A stretch of DNA of 63,846 nt, the filler included, from Choristocarpus tenellus KU-1152 (lineage: Eukaryota; Protista; Phaeophyceae): the NCBI GenBank assembly GCA_964200185.2. It is 14 parts of 14 records of this genome, joined end to end, with 100 filler letters (N's around TTAATTAATTAA, not from the genome) between each part and the next. Parts side by side here need not be neighbours in the genome. Positions count along the whole stretch, not along the records: positions 7,968 to 13,025 come from CAXNAD020012009.1; positions 13,126 to 16,797 come from CAXNAD020018593.1; positions 16,898 to 19,660 come from CAXNAD020024951.1; positions 19,761 to 24,866 come from CAXNAD020011855.1; 10 more parts are not named here. One strand, 5' to 3'. Shown piece by piece: positions 10,581 to 22,477 of this stretch. Each line of letters begins with the position of its first letter. Position 1 is the stretch's first letter. The translations under genes and the position numbers were made by a program. Under the pieces are notes generated by a model. The model had not been told where the DNA came from. It saw nothing but the letters and a program-made list of their open reading frames with translations, and did no database searches.

Positions 10581-12960
10581 ATGAAACCCAATTCTATCTA
10601 CGTGAATGATAAAGCAGTCCTACAGGTGATACCTTACACGCCTAGGACTATGCTTTGGCGCTTGGACGTGGTGCCCTTCGCCCTATTGTATGCCCTAGTG
10701 TATACCCAGGCCTCGAGTTGGACTGGAGATGGAGTGGCGATATGGAGCAGGGTTTGGGGGCGAGAGAAGCTCGCCTTACTGCTGGCACTTCCGATGGTAA
10801 TCCTTGCTCAACTTCTGGTTTTCTTGTTTACCAGGTGGAGCGTGCGCTTCAAGTGCTTTGTGGCGTACCGCCGGGTCACATCTGTGGATCATGCCACGGT
10901 GAGAATGGAGAGCATGAGAGCGTCAAGGTTGTCCCACCATCTCCTTGCGTGTTGTCACCCCTTTTGCCAAACAAGTACATGGAAAGAGGGGTACTGTGCT
11001 GCTGACTGTTAATAGAGCGCCAGACTCTTATTTCTTGCTGAACCCATTGTTCAGGTTGTACGGGTTGTTCCAGCCCCCCACTGTGGTAGCGAGGAACTAG
11101 TACAGCTACAACGAAGAACTCCGGATGCGGAAAGGTCAGAATTGGAACGTTTAAAAATGGGTCGTGAGTCCACCTCGGGTGCCATTGAGGTAGGTGCCTC
11201 CTGTTGCCGGTAAATTTGAAGTAGTGGAGTGAGGGTAGGAGGTCTTCAGGACAAGGTGTTGGTGAGTGGGGCTGTTGTGGTTTTGGCTGGCTCGAGCACA
11301 TCTTGTGGAGGTTGGGAAATCTGTGTGTAAAAGTTCAATCAGAACAAGAAAAATGGCAATATTTGCATGTATTCAATATCAAAGACGTTCTACACACTGA
11401 ATGTGTGAGGGTTACATACACACATGAGTATACAACGAAAATGCCATGATCTTTGCAAGAGATAACACTGAATAGCAAATTTTTTGTATGAGACTTGCTG
11501 GTTACTCTCATGTTGCGCATATTCGCCTAACTATTTGTAGATACGGAAGTGAATGCATATTTACGATAAATTAGAATACTTCTATCAGTGAATGTATTAA
11601 CATACCTGAACCCATTTTTTTGCAGTCCTTCAGCTTTTGCTGTATTAATAGTATTAAGTAAGGGTCCAATTCCTTCTTGCCTGCAGTTATGCTTGTGATC
11701 AGCTATTTTTGGTCTAGAAATGGAGAATAAACATGCCCTAGCACACACACTTTATCACCTATTCATGCCCCATTAACACTTCCAACCCCGTGCCATACAG
11801 GCTGCAGGACAGAGATTTGCATTGCCAGAAGTTTGGTTCATCTTTCAGCAGACCAAATTTGTTCATGGGGATATGGAGGCAATGGGGGGTGGAGGCGAGA
11901 AGGGTTTTCGCCGTCTAGACTACCCTGTGCAGGGCTCCTTCAGAGCGTATCTTGCATCAGAGGGCACCAAGAATATCGGAGCCCTGGCTCGTGCGAGGGA
12001 GAGATGGGGGGAAAATATACTTGACATCCCCATGCCTGCATTCTCTGAGCTGTTTGTGGAACACGCACTGGCACCTTTTTTTATGTTCCAGGTTGGTGTT
12101 CAGATTGGAGTTGGGATAGGTGAAGAGTGCCTTGGAATTGAAAGGGGGGTACACCTTTGGTTTACAATAGAATGACATATCCAAGGTGAAAATGTAATGT
12201 GGGAGAGTAGATGAAGGTGTAGGTGATCCATGACTGCAGGGTATATGTTTGAGGTGGAGGGGGGTTCTATTTGGAGAGAGAGAGAGAGAGGCTTCAAGTA
12301 TGTGTTTGGTCAACGCTTTCGTGCAACTGTAATGACATGCAGGTTCAACATCTAAGGAGTGATCTGCCGCGAGTCTCATTAATTTCTTAGTATTTGGGAC
12401 TTAGCCCGACTAAATGCCGCATGATATCCAATCCTTTGGGGGTGATGCAAAATGTCAGCAAAGCCAATGGAATGGACGTGCCCTAACTACCATAGTGAGT
12501 TCATACTCGATGTTGATAGTTGCCTCCTCACGACCCAAACCCTCGACCCTCCTTCCCTTGTGAAATTTGAAACTGAAGGTCCTCTGTGTGACTCTGTGGA
12601 GCCTTGATGAGTACTGGATTTATTCCTTCTTCACTCTGTTGATGCTCATCCTCTTTGAGGCCATGCTCTGCAAGCAACGCCAGCGAAGCCTGGAACTCCT
12701 CCGCTCCATGCGCCGCGAGCCCACCCTCGTCTATGCCCGCCGGGCTGGTCGGTGGACTCGTGTCTCATCGGAGACCATCTGCCCTGGGGAGGTGGTGTCG
12801 CTCGTGGCTCACCCCCCTACTGTCGAGGCTGCCTTGCGGGAAGCAAAGATGCGAGCATCACGCGCGTTCGGACGCATGCATAGCGGTGGAGGTGGTATCC
12901 GCGGAGGGGGCAAGGGGCTGGGTGCCGGGGTCGAGATCCTGTCGGATGGAGATGGTTGGG
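10581..12960 (+). CDS. ATP13A1: P5A-type ATPase (SPF1/ATP13A1), 5' exons; partial
   Basis: Exons are 10581-10898 (..LFTRWSVRFKCF..SVDHAT), about 11055-11163 (VVRVVPAPHCGSEELVQL), about 11801/11808-12091 (WGENILDIPMPAFSELFVEHALAPFFMFQ) and 12579 to about 12950 (VLCVTLWSLDEYWIYSFFTLLMLILFE..ICPGEVVSL). Confidence 0.9.
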
Positions 12961-13628
12961 GGAGGGGGGGGGGGGGGGGGTGAGGGTTGGGGGAGGGGAT
13001 GAGGTGGTTTCAGGAGACAGGGTTGNNNNNNNNNNNNNNNNNNNNNNNNNNNNNNNNNNNNNNNNNNNNTTAATTAATTAANNNNNNNNNNNNNNNNNNN
13101 NNNNNNNNNNNNNNNNNNNNNNNNNGAGAGGAGGAGAGGGAGGAATAATGGACCAGTTTATTTTTTAGTACTTTCATTATTTTATATAAGGTGGTAGCAG
13201 TAGCTTCGCCCTCGGTGGCAGTTCTTCTTTTTTTCACCGGAGCGCCGTAACAGATATACAGCAATATATATATATATAAAATGAAAGCTTAAGACAAGAC
13301 CTTTTGAAGGTTTGTATGCACAGGAATATACAAACTTCGGTGAACGGGAACTATGTCCAGATAAAAAATAGAAAGAACGCGTGGGAATGACTCCGGTGCA
13401 ATTTTGAAGGTCGCGTATTCAAAATTTGCAAAAATGAAGTGGTTAGCTGAACTCCTTGCAGAAACCTGGTCTGCAGTACGTCGCTGTCCAAGTTTGGCTG
13501 TTGTGGCCCTCACCGAAAAAAAGCAGAAAAAAAAACAAGATTTCGGGGCATCTTTTTATGCGGACATCTTTTTATGTGCCTTTTGCAGACTTTCTGTGAG
13601 CACGCACACACGTGACTTACACAACAAC

Positions 13629-15882
13629 ATGAACCATGGTGGTGAGGCAAGGAGAGCCGCCGAAGCCACTCTGCCCTCTGGATCTACTCTCGGCACCTTC
13701 TCTGTCGAAAGGGGCCAGAAAAACAACTTCCGTGTGAAACTCAGTGCGATGTTGGGTGAAGAGAAAAGTGCGAGTAGTGTGGCGCATGAGCATGATCAAA
13801 TCACGAAATGGACCTTGCGGTCGCGACACTGACGCTGAGAGAAGATGCATTGAAAGCATTACCACACAAACGTGGTTGGGTCTTCAACCACGTCGGAGAA
13901 CTGCTCTGCAAGAACTGCCACCTCGGGAAAACAGGAAGAGCGCGGCGAGTGCATCACCAGGTGGTACAGTGACGAAGTCTGTGGGGTAGCCTGGTCGCGG
14001 CGGGCGAAACGAGAACCAGAGCAGTCGCCTGAAGGGAAGATTGGGGAAGAGAGCAGTGCAACTGCGTGCCATTGCGCTCAGGAAGCACTTAAACGAAAAC
14101 CCGGGAGTAGAAGATCTTAGTAGTCGACAGTTGCAGCAGGCCCTGGCTGTTTGGAAGCTGTGCGAGCGGGAGTAGCTTAAGGAAACGAGAAAGATGTTGT
14201 TAGGGTTTGGCTACAAGCGCCTTGAAGCCCGATAGAAGGTCGAAAGGGCTCGTAAGGCGGAGGAGAAAGCAATCGTAACAAAGGCAGCTGTGGAGACTTT
14301 TCGATACCACCAAATCCTTTACTTCGAAGAGGTCGCGAAGCAGGTGGAGGTAGTCATCGATGAGGACGCCAGGGAAGAAGATGAGTCGAGATTGAGACTA
14401 TTTGCACACCAATGCTTTGGTGTCTCCCACTTCTTGCAAGATGCCGTACATTCACTTTGTTCCTGGACTTGGGGTTGGACGTGTAAAGTTGATTAAGGCC
14501 TTCTCCCAGCCTGCATTCATTCGAGAAATCAACACAATTTTCGATCAACTCAAGCCTGTCCTCCCTCGCCCTTGCGCCTTGATGATAAAATATTACCCGT
14601 CCAGGAAGCACGGACAACGCCCATTTCCGGCATTCAACAAGGAAATATGATAGTTAAGGCTCTAACACTGCGAATCCTGTACGTGTGTAAGAAGGACGGG
14701 AAAGACCGTCAAACGGCACTTAAGATGGCCACAGGATATGTGGTGGTCAGGCCGGAAACTATGAGTAAATGGGAGAGAGACTTTCTAACTAAGGGCCATA
14801 TCAAGGTGTCGGAGCAAGGGCACTATGAGAGGCGTTTCGTTTTGGGCCACGACGAGGGCATCCTTGCCGAGGTCAAAGAGTGGGTGCGCGAACACAAAGG
14901 AAGAAAGGTTGGAAAGGCCAATAAGACCGCGGATAATTTTCGTCAGTACATCAACGACACAGTCATGCCGTAGGTGCGAAGCTGTGAAGACAGACAAGTT
15001 CGACCCCTTCAAGGGAATGAGATTCAACATGGTGGGCAAAGGGCGGTATCGTCGACCCTTTATCAGCCTCTCGAAAGCAACCACTTGGTTGTCAAAGCTT
15101 GGGTGCGGTTACCATGCCGAATAATCCGGTTTGTATTTCCATGGAAATTACCGTGATGACATCCTCCAGTATTGAAATGAGGTGTATCTTCCGCAGTACC
15201 TCAACTACCGCGACTACATGGATGTGTAGATATTGATTTCGCCGGATGAAACTAAATGTTGGGGTATTGATATTGGCGAGGTGCCTGAAGTGGACTGTGC
15301 TCCTGGTGGCTGTGCATGGATATGTGTGCATGATCTAGAGGAAGTAATGGATGTTCTGCCCGCCCGCCTGAAATCGAGGATAACCAGCAAGAAGGTCCTT
15401 TCGGATGGGAGGCGAATGGTTCTCCTTTGCAAAGACGAGAGCATCTGTCGAGGTATACAACTTTTTCAAAATCAATTTTGTGCCACTTGGTCTCGTCTTT
15501 GCAGTTGGTACAGTGAGCCCTACATCATCTACTGCTAAGTTTATCCTAACGCATGAATATATGTTGAGTATGTTGTATTTTGTTTCTAACCCTATGTAAA
15601 GGAATTGACGAGGTAAGAAAATGCTGGTGACTAGTTTGTTTTCATCATGACGTCATCACCTGTCCTAAACTCCCTTCTGTTTCACCTTTGCCCTCTGTTG
15701 ACTGCAGCCAACGATACTGAAAAGCGTGAGTGGTGGGCGCCAAATATGCACGGACTCAACAAGAAGGGAGACGGGCAAGGCATCATGGTATCGGGGACCA
15801 TGGTTGCTCATCTCGGATTTTTCTCTGCAACTGTGGAGCAGGTCCAACAGGCAGAGAAAAACCGACAGGAACGTGGAGACGG
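13629..15882 (+). pseudogene. Degenerate IS630/Tc1-like DDE transposase with a spliceosomal intron
   Basis: Motifs are ISLSKATTWLSKLG, GLYFHGNYRDDILQY..VYLP and MVLLCKDESICR|ANDTEKREW..LNKKGDGQGIMVSG. The intron is 15453-15707 (GT..AG). In-frame stops occur, for example at 14971 and 15122. Confidence 0.7.
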
Positions 15883-15969
15883 GTAAGTGGTGTGGATGTA
15901 TGATTTCCCAGAGCGTGTGTGAAGAAGGATATCACACGGAGCGTAATAAAAAGAGAGGGAGGGAGTATA

Positions 15970-16680
15970 GCAATCAACGTATTAAAATGTTGGGGATGGT
16001 GGTAGTTAATGTTTGGTTATTGGTATTGAAGATAGGGGGAAGGGCAAAGAACACACAGGAATGGTCGTTTGCAGCAGAACACACTGCGGGGAAGAAAAAC
16101 GAATTGGCAGACGGAATATCAAGATGATATAGGGACAAGACTCAATCTAACCCCCAACACAGGAGCAGCCCCTGGGTCTTGAAGGGGAGATGATGTGTTT
16201 GAATGCCTTGTAGCAATGTATACCAGGGGATCGGTTGCGCCATCTACTCAGAAATGCTATGAGACAGCTTGGGAGCAGTGGTCTCAGTTCCGTACATATA
16301 GAGGATTAAGTAGGTGGCTAGACCCCAGAAGTCGAGAACAGGACATAGTGTAGGCCCTACTGAGTTCATGTGTTTCCGTTGTGGGAGTAAGTTGCGTATC
16401 CAAGTAGGTACAATTAAGGGGAAGATTTCAGCAATCCAGTACTATAACAAACAATTCCTAAACTTCTAACTGCCCACGCAACACTTCATGATTTCCACAG
16501 TGCTGAAGGAAGGGTATGGGGAGGAGTCACACAAAAACAGGCAGACAGCCTATAAGGAGGAGACCCCTGACATGGAGAATGATTGTAGAAACAAAGCACT
16601 GTACTGAAATGTTTGTAAGGGAGGGTAAATTGACTAGGCTAGGGTTGGGGTTCTCGTTCTTTTTCTTAGCAAGAGCATCT
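15970..16680 (+). mobile_element. DIRS-like (tyrosine recombinase) retrotransposon remnant
   Basis: An RNase H C-terminus (AEHTAGKKNELADGISR) is followed by YR-like TIKGKISAIQYY..RRRPLTW..LGFSFFFLARASE. It is frameshifted and cut by MITEs at 16681. Confidence 0.7.
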
Positions 16681-16797
16681 GAGCGAAAGTATCTTAGAGG
16701 GTACGAGTTTTGCCTTGTTTGTGGGTCAAAGTATCTTAGGAGGGGGGGTGGTTTGTGAGGGGGCGTCCGTTTAGGTCAAACAACGTTTTTTTTTGCT
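16681..16797 (+). mobile_element. Nested MITE fragments: family A start (16681-16722) and a family B-like end (16723-16797)
   Basis: GAGCGAAAGTATCTTAGAGGGTACGAG is followed by GGGTCAAAGTATCTTAGGAGGGGGGG. Confidence 0.7.
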
Positions 16798-17064
16798 NNN
16801 NNNNNNNNNNNNNNNNNNNNNNNNNNNNNNNNNNNNNNNNNTTAATTAATTAANNNNNNNNNNNNNNNNNNNNNNNNNNNNNNNNNNNNNNNNNNNNGCT
16901 AACTTACTAGTTGAGGATTCTCGATCGCTGAGGGTGAGCGGAGGGGGGCTGAGAGGAGAAGAAGGATTCCATTTGCAAAGACCCACATAACAGACCTCTC
17001 TACACAAAAAACAACCTTCTTCCTAAGCAATAACAAACTTTTCATGTGGATAAAACCTCAAAAT

Positions 17065-18545
17065 TTACAACCCACCACTGCTTGATTGATCCTCCCCCTC
17101 CACCCCTTCTCCTTGTCTTTGGCTCTGCAACCTCCTCCTCCTCCTTCCATGGGCAGTGTTGCTACTCCTTCCAGCGTGTGCAAAACATCTGAATCTCAGC
17201 TGCACAAATTTCACAAGTCTCTTCACGGCATCTCTCAACTGCATGTCCAGTGCGCTGTCCATCAGAACATTCTGAGAAAAAAATATTTTCAAGTTAAACA
17301 AAAAACAACGTTGAGTGTTATAATAGACCACGAGCAAGTAAACAAAGCCGCCCAACAGTCACAGCAAAAAACTCCAAATAGGACCTCCTTCCATGAAAGA
17401 ACAGAACCGGACAAAATAGGGTATATCCCCCCGCATTTTCGGACAAAAGAGGGTATAGCCCCAGCATCGTTGGTCCAAGGGGGGGGGGGGGGGCACAACA
17501 TGAGTGTGCCATCGAGCGATATGCAAAAGTGTACCTTTTAGCGTCCAGAATGTACCTTCAAAGGGTACACCCTTTACCATCAGCAGCATTGAACTTGTAC
17601 ACCCCTTTTTGCTCTTCTCCGGCGACCCACAATAGTACCCTTTTCCGACACAAGATCGAAAGAGTGTGTACCCCCTTCGGAACTTACTCATCACATGTCC
17701 ACGCCATAGAAACGCTGTAGAAAACCCTTTCCTTTCCTCTCCTTTCCAGAATCGGTTTCTCAAATAACCATGGATGGCTTACGGTGAAAGACCGGTAATT
17801 TTTTTCAGAATCAGATGAGGCAGGGAGAAATCGCTGAAAAAGTTCCATCATCCGCCTGAGAACTGTGAAGCAACTGTGAAGCACTCTAATCCCCCTTGCA
17901 TCCAAACGCCTCCGGGGCAATGGTGCGCTGGTCTCAATACATGTAACATCACGGAAAATAAAAATAAAAATAAAAAGAGAGATGAAATTCCTCCCCTCAC
18001 GTACTGCCACCACCATAACCACCACCACCACCACCACGTGAAGACTCCACAAGGAAACTTCTAAACGACAACATGTGTTACAATGCAGTCAAGAGGTGTC
18101 ACCAACACCGCCTCCCCCCAAAAGGTCAATGCCTACACCTGCTTCTTATACCCCCTTCAATCTCAATGAATGATAGGGGGAGGGGGGGGGGGGGTACCCC
18201 TATCCCCTTTCGATGGTAACTAAAAGAGGGTGGGTACACATGGAGAAATGTAATGAATACCAAAATGATTTTTTTAAAAGGTCCACCCACATCAGGCAGT
18301 CGCCACAAAAAAGACCAACACAAAAGTGCGTTTGGGAACAAGATGTTGGAGCATCATGGGCCAAAGATTGGGAACAAGACAGTTAATGTATCACACAGAG
18401 GAGTGTATCGATGAGGGTGCAGTATGAAGTGGGGGGCATTGATCACCTGGAATAGGGCTGAGAGGCAGGTCACGAGGAAATTGTCCTTGGAGATATCCAC
18501 ATCAAAGAAATCTTCGGGAACCAGTTTCAGGTGTGAATGCAACAC
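17065..18545 (-). CDS. AAR2: AAR2 (U5 snRNP assembly factor), 3' exons
   Basis: Exon 18545-18447 (AG/GT bounded) reads VLHSHLKLVPEDFFDVDISKDNFLVTCLSALFQ, matching the AAR2 C-terminal motif QL.E.P.DFF.D..S.DNFL. Exon 17271-17065 reads NVLMDSALDMQLRDAVKRLVKFVQLRF. Upstream exons were not identified. Confidence 0.75.
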
Positions 18546-19352
18546 CTGTATGTGATATTATTATTATTATTATTACAGTTGACAAGAAATAAGTAAATAG
18601 TTAGCACAATCGGAATTAAAAAAACAAACAAAATAATAATAATTACAAACTGAGTAATCTTTGCCATTTTCTTCCCCATCTACCTCCCTAGCCTAGCCTT
18701 CGTTGCCCTTCAGTAGTGTGTTGTTCTTGTATGCTATAGATGGCGTCGGTCAAAAGTCAACCCACGGTGGCGCTCCGTGGCACTCCTGAACCAATTCCGT
18801 ACCTCCAGGCGCTCTGTGGCCTCCTTGTTGCCACACCAGGACTCTCATGAGAGGTCATCGTACCCATCCCGGGCTGCCATGGCAGGTGTTGGTCAATCTT
18901 ACCACTCGCCTGATCAACTACGGTCTTCAACTTCAACATAGATTTTCTTCCCCTTCAACGTTGCCGCTACCGATTTTTATAGCTAAGAATCGATTCCATT
19001 CACTGCCTCCCTTTTCATATTTCAGACGGGGTACCGAACTCTTCTGTTGACGATTTAATCTCCCCCCCCCCTCCCCCTGTCATTGTCGTGAGAAACACCT
19101 CTGTGGATTGTCCATTCAAAAATAAATAAAGTAAGTATACAAATAAATGTTCTACTAGGTTACTTACTCACTTCCCTCTTGTCATCGATACTCTCCTTTC
19201 CAGTGTCTGCTCACCTCGTCCGACATCAATTATATTGGTTATGTTATATTGGTTGTGTTATATTGGTTATGTTCCCTCTTGCTTGGGAGCAGAGACTCAA
19301 TTGATATTATTATTATCTGCACACAACCCTCAGGCTGTTGCCGCGCCATCCA

Positions 19353-19500
19353 GTATCCACATATATCGAAATGTATTCATATACATCGAAATGTATTCAC
19401 ACACATCGAAATGTATCCACACACATCGAAATGTATCCACACACATCGAAATGTATCCACACACATCGAAATGTATTCACACACATCGAAATGTATCCAC
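19353..19500. repeat. Minisatellite, 20-bp unit x 7
   Basis: ACACATCGAAATGTAT(C/T)CAC is repeated head-to-tail over 19361-19500 with no spacers. Confidence 0.95.
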
Positions 19501-19552
19501 AATATCCACATACATGTCCTGTCTGGCGCAATGCCAAGAGCTTCTATTTTCA

Positions 19553-19660
19553 GCCTCAATCTGGGGGAGGGGGGGGGGGGGGGGGTTCCACCAGGGTGTC
19601 CATTTGGGCCCGGACCGGGAGAAGGGCCCTTACATCATCCACCCGACGTATGCAACCAAA
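19553..19660 (+). mobile_element. MITE family B, partial copy at a contig end
   Basis: A poly-G tract is followed by CACCAGGGTGTCCATTTGG, as in the other family B copies. Confidence 0.7.
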
Positions 19661-19760
19661 NNNNNNNNNNNNNNNNNNNNNNNNNNNNNNNNNNNNNNNN
19701 NNNNTTAATTAATTAANNNNNNNNNNNNNNNNNNNNNNNNNNNNNNNNNNNNNNNNNNNN

Positions 19761-19914
19761 GGGGGGGGGGGTCTACACCAGGGTGTCCATTTGGACCAAA
19801 ATCAGGAAAAGTGCATTTACATCCAACGTATGCAACCAGATCACCCAAAAATCGCGATATGAAAAAACTGGTCCCAAATGGACAGCCGCCACCCCCTCCC
19901 AGATATTTTGAGCC
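19761..19914 (+). mobile_element. MITE family B at a contig start
   Basis: It reads GGGG..CTACACCAGGGTGTCCATTTGG...CCAAATGGACAGCCGCCACCCCCTCCCAGATATTTTGAGCC. Confidence 0.85.
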
Positions 19915-21579
19915 GACGCTTCCCCAGCTCCTCACCATGGACTGCAGGACTAAGCCAGGTTGGAGGCACAGGAGGGCAACGGTGTAGCATGGTAGTAGAA
20001 TAGATTATAGAAAAATGTCTTTCACATTTATGACAACTGTTGCCTTTTTAGGGGTTTTCTGACGTTTGAATTGTTTTCTTTATTTTTTCCCCCGACACAT
20101 CTGTAAAATGTCAGAGGTCATAAAAATATGATAATACAACGATCTGTGATGTAACGTACCACATCGTGTTGTGAATGATCATAACGGCGAGTGTACTTGC
20201 AGTATTGAGGATTATCTACATGGGATGGTTCACAATATTGGTGGAAGAATTATAACGGAAATCTGTATTTCCATCACACATCAAAGTTATAACCATACAA
20301 CAATTTGCAACAGAAACAGAGCACGGGTGAATAAACTGCTGAGAGGCGCTTTGGTCTGTGGATAACACGCGCAATGTGACTCAAAGTATTTGTGTGTGGG
20401 TGGGGGGTTCTACACCATGTCCATGTTTCCTATTCAATTTGAATAACTTGTAATGTCATGCTATGGCACAACACAACGCGATGCTATCACAACACGCTGG
20501 AGAGCGTTAATGTGCTATATTACATTGTGTCGAAACACTATGTCTCGTAACAATACGTTATGATATTACATTCTTGTTGTGGTATGGCATAGCGTGGGCC
20601 ACTTCAAAATGGCAACACAACCTATGTATGTTTTGGTCTGGAGTGTTACGTGTACTACATAACAGAGTCGGATATTTTTTCGTTGTTATTGTTGTTGGCA
20701 TAACATATGATAGATGTGACCAAGGCCGATTCGATACAATGTCCAACCTACAAAATGTTTTTGGTGTAAAGTTATCACACAAAATGTAGATTGGGTTTGT
20801 AGTTCGGACCAATATACTGAAACTCTTGTTATTATTGAATAGTGAAGTTCAACCAGGAAGTAGAAATGGGCAACTCACAAGTAAATGCGAGTGTCCACTG
20901 TATTTATATTAGGTAAGGGTAAAACAAAAACCAAAACGGAAAAAAACCCTCTTCTGCTTCCAAGATGTCGTTCCATTTCTCGAGCAATATATCGGAGTCA
21001 GATCATAAAACGAATAGGTTGCTTGACATCGCTTGTACTGGAATATTTATTGAGTGAGGGAGTTAGGTAGGGTATAATTCCTATGGACTAATACTGTTCT
21101 CTCTTACCAAGTCGTCAAGATGTCCCGGTTCGCTTGATGATGACCAAGCAACAGTAGTAGTAGTTTCTACGTTTACTGCATATATTATTATTATGCTTTG
21201 ACATTTTACAGTTTTGTCAGGGAAAAAGCCAAACCAATATCACGAGGACGACCACACTAAAAGTAACAGTTGTCGTAAATGAGAAGCGTATCAGTATAAA
21301 ACCTACTTACTATTTGAATACCAGGTATACTACAAACACTCCATTGAACCTTTGGTAATTATAATAATGTTACATATATAATTCTGATATTCCTCCAAAC
21401 TGTTGAGTATTAATTAAATACCTCTGTTGTATTTGGATGTTTGGTTTTTGATTTTCTCATTCTAAAAGGAGTTTCACACCTGTGAGCATTTTTAGACTTT
21501 GAAGAGAATGTAAATAACGACTTGTATGAGGTTGAATTGAGGGTTGTAGGCACACCTTCACCAAACCTGGGTGTGCACC

Positions 21580-22477
21580 ATGTTCCGGCATCTTGAAGCA
21601 AATGCTTCATCCGATGGATTGGAGGGAACGATCGAGAGTGTTGTCGATGGCGAAGAATCGTCGGAATTTTTGCAGCAGATGGAAATCCCTCTTGCGGTGA
21701 GAGAATATATTATTGTGTTAGTTGCTTGGTACATGTTCTATATAGAAGTGCTTCTGACCCACTTGGTTTTGCTATGCTCCAATGCTATGCTTGTTCACTC
21801 ATTTGTTGTAAAAAAAAACAACTCTCGTTTCCAACTCATGCGCTCAAGGAAATCAACCGAGTTGACCAACACCCTATGATCGGAATCCCTACTTCTGTGC
21901 GACTGGTGTAGTCGCAGCGAATGCGTTCTTCGCTTTGCTTCACGGAGAGCATGTTTTCGGTCCAACATCAAACACTTCTCACTTTCAACCAAATCCAATG
22001 ACAGGTCTTAATCCTGATCATGTACATCGTTCTAGGGCACAGCTTGGAGTTGTGGAAGGATGCTCGCCAGGCAGACCCTGCACAGAGCGGAGCTTTTCTT
22101 TGTACCTTCCATGAATCTGGTCCTGCCATTCTTCTAGGTAAGCTTTCACATGTGCTCCTCTTCGCAGTGTTTGGATGAGTTGGGCCTATAAGTTGGAATA
22201 TGCTTCTTTGTTTATCACAATGATGGACTGCACATTGATTTGGCATTCGCCCACACATGCCTACCGCAATTATTGCGTTTCGGAAGCTCCTGTTATCATC
22301 CTTGAAAACGGTGGTCTCGTGGAGACGTTCATGGATGCCCTTTAATTGACAAGATGAATCTACTTTCGAGCAGGTCTAGCAGTGGGGCTAATGGTGAATT
22401 ATGGCGTTGGAAATCAATTCGACTTCAACGCTGATGTCTTCTTCTATGCTGTTCTGCCACCGATCATCTTCCACCAG
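21580..22477 (+). CDS. Na+/H+ exchanger (CPA1/NHX-NHE family), 5' exons; partial
   Basis: Exons are about 21580-21696, 22005-22137 (VLILIMYIVLGHSLE..FHESGPAILL) and 22374-22477 (GLAVGLMV..FDFNADVFFYAVLPPIIFHQ), with compatible phases. The start codon is uncertain. Confidence 0.82.

Noticed and set aside
10899-10960. SVKVVPP in an alternate frame just after P5A exon 1, suggesting a 20-nt intron
   Set aside because: A better exon with a proper acceptor (VVRVVPAPHCGSEELV from 11055) supplies this motif, and a 20-nt intron is implausible here.
19353-19500. Possible CRISPR array
   Set aside because: The 20-bp units are directly adjacent with no unique spacers, there are no cas genes and the context is eukaryotic. 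It is a minisatellite.
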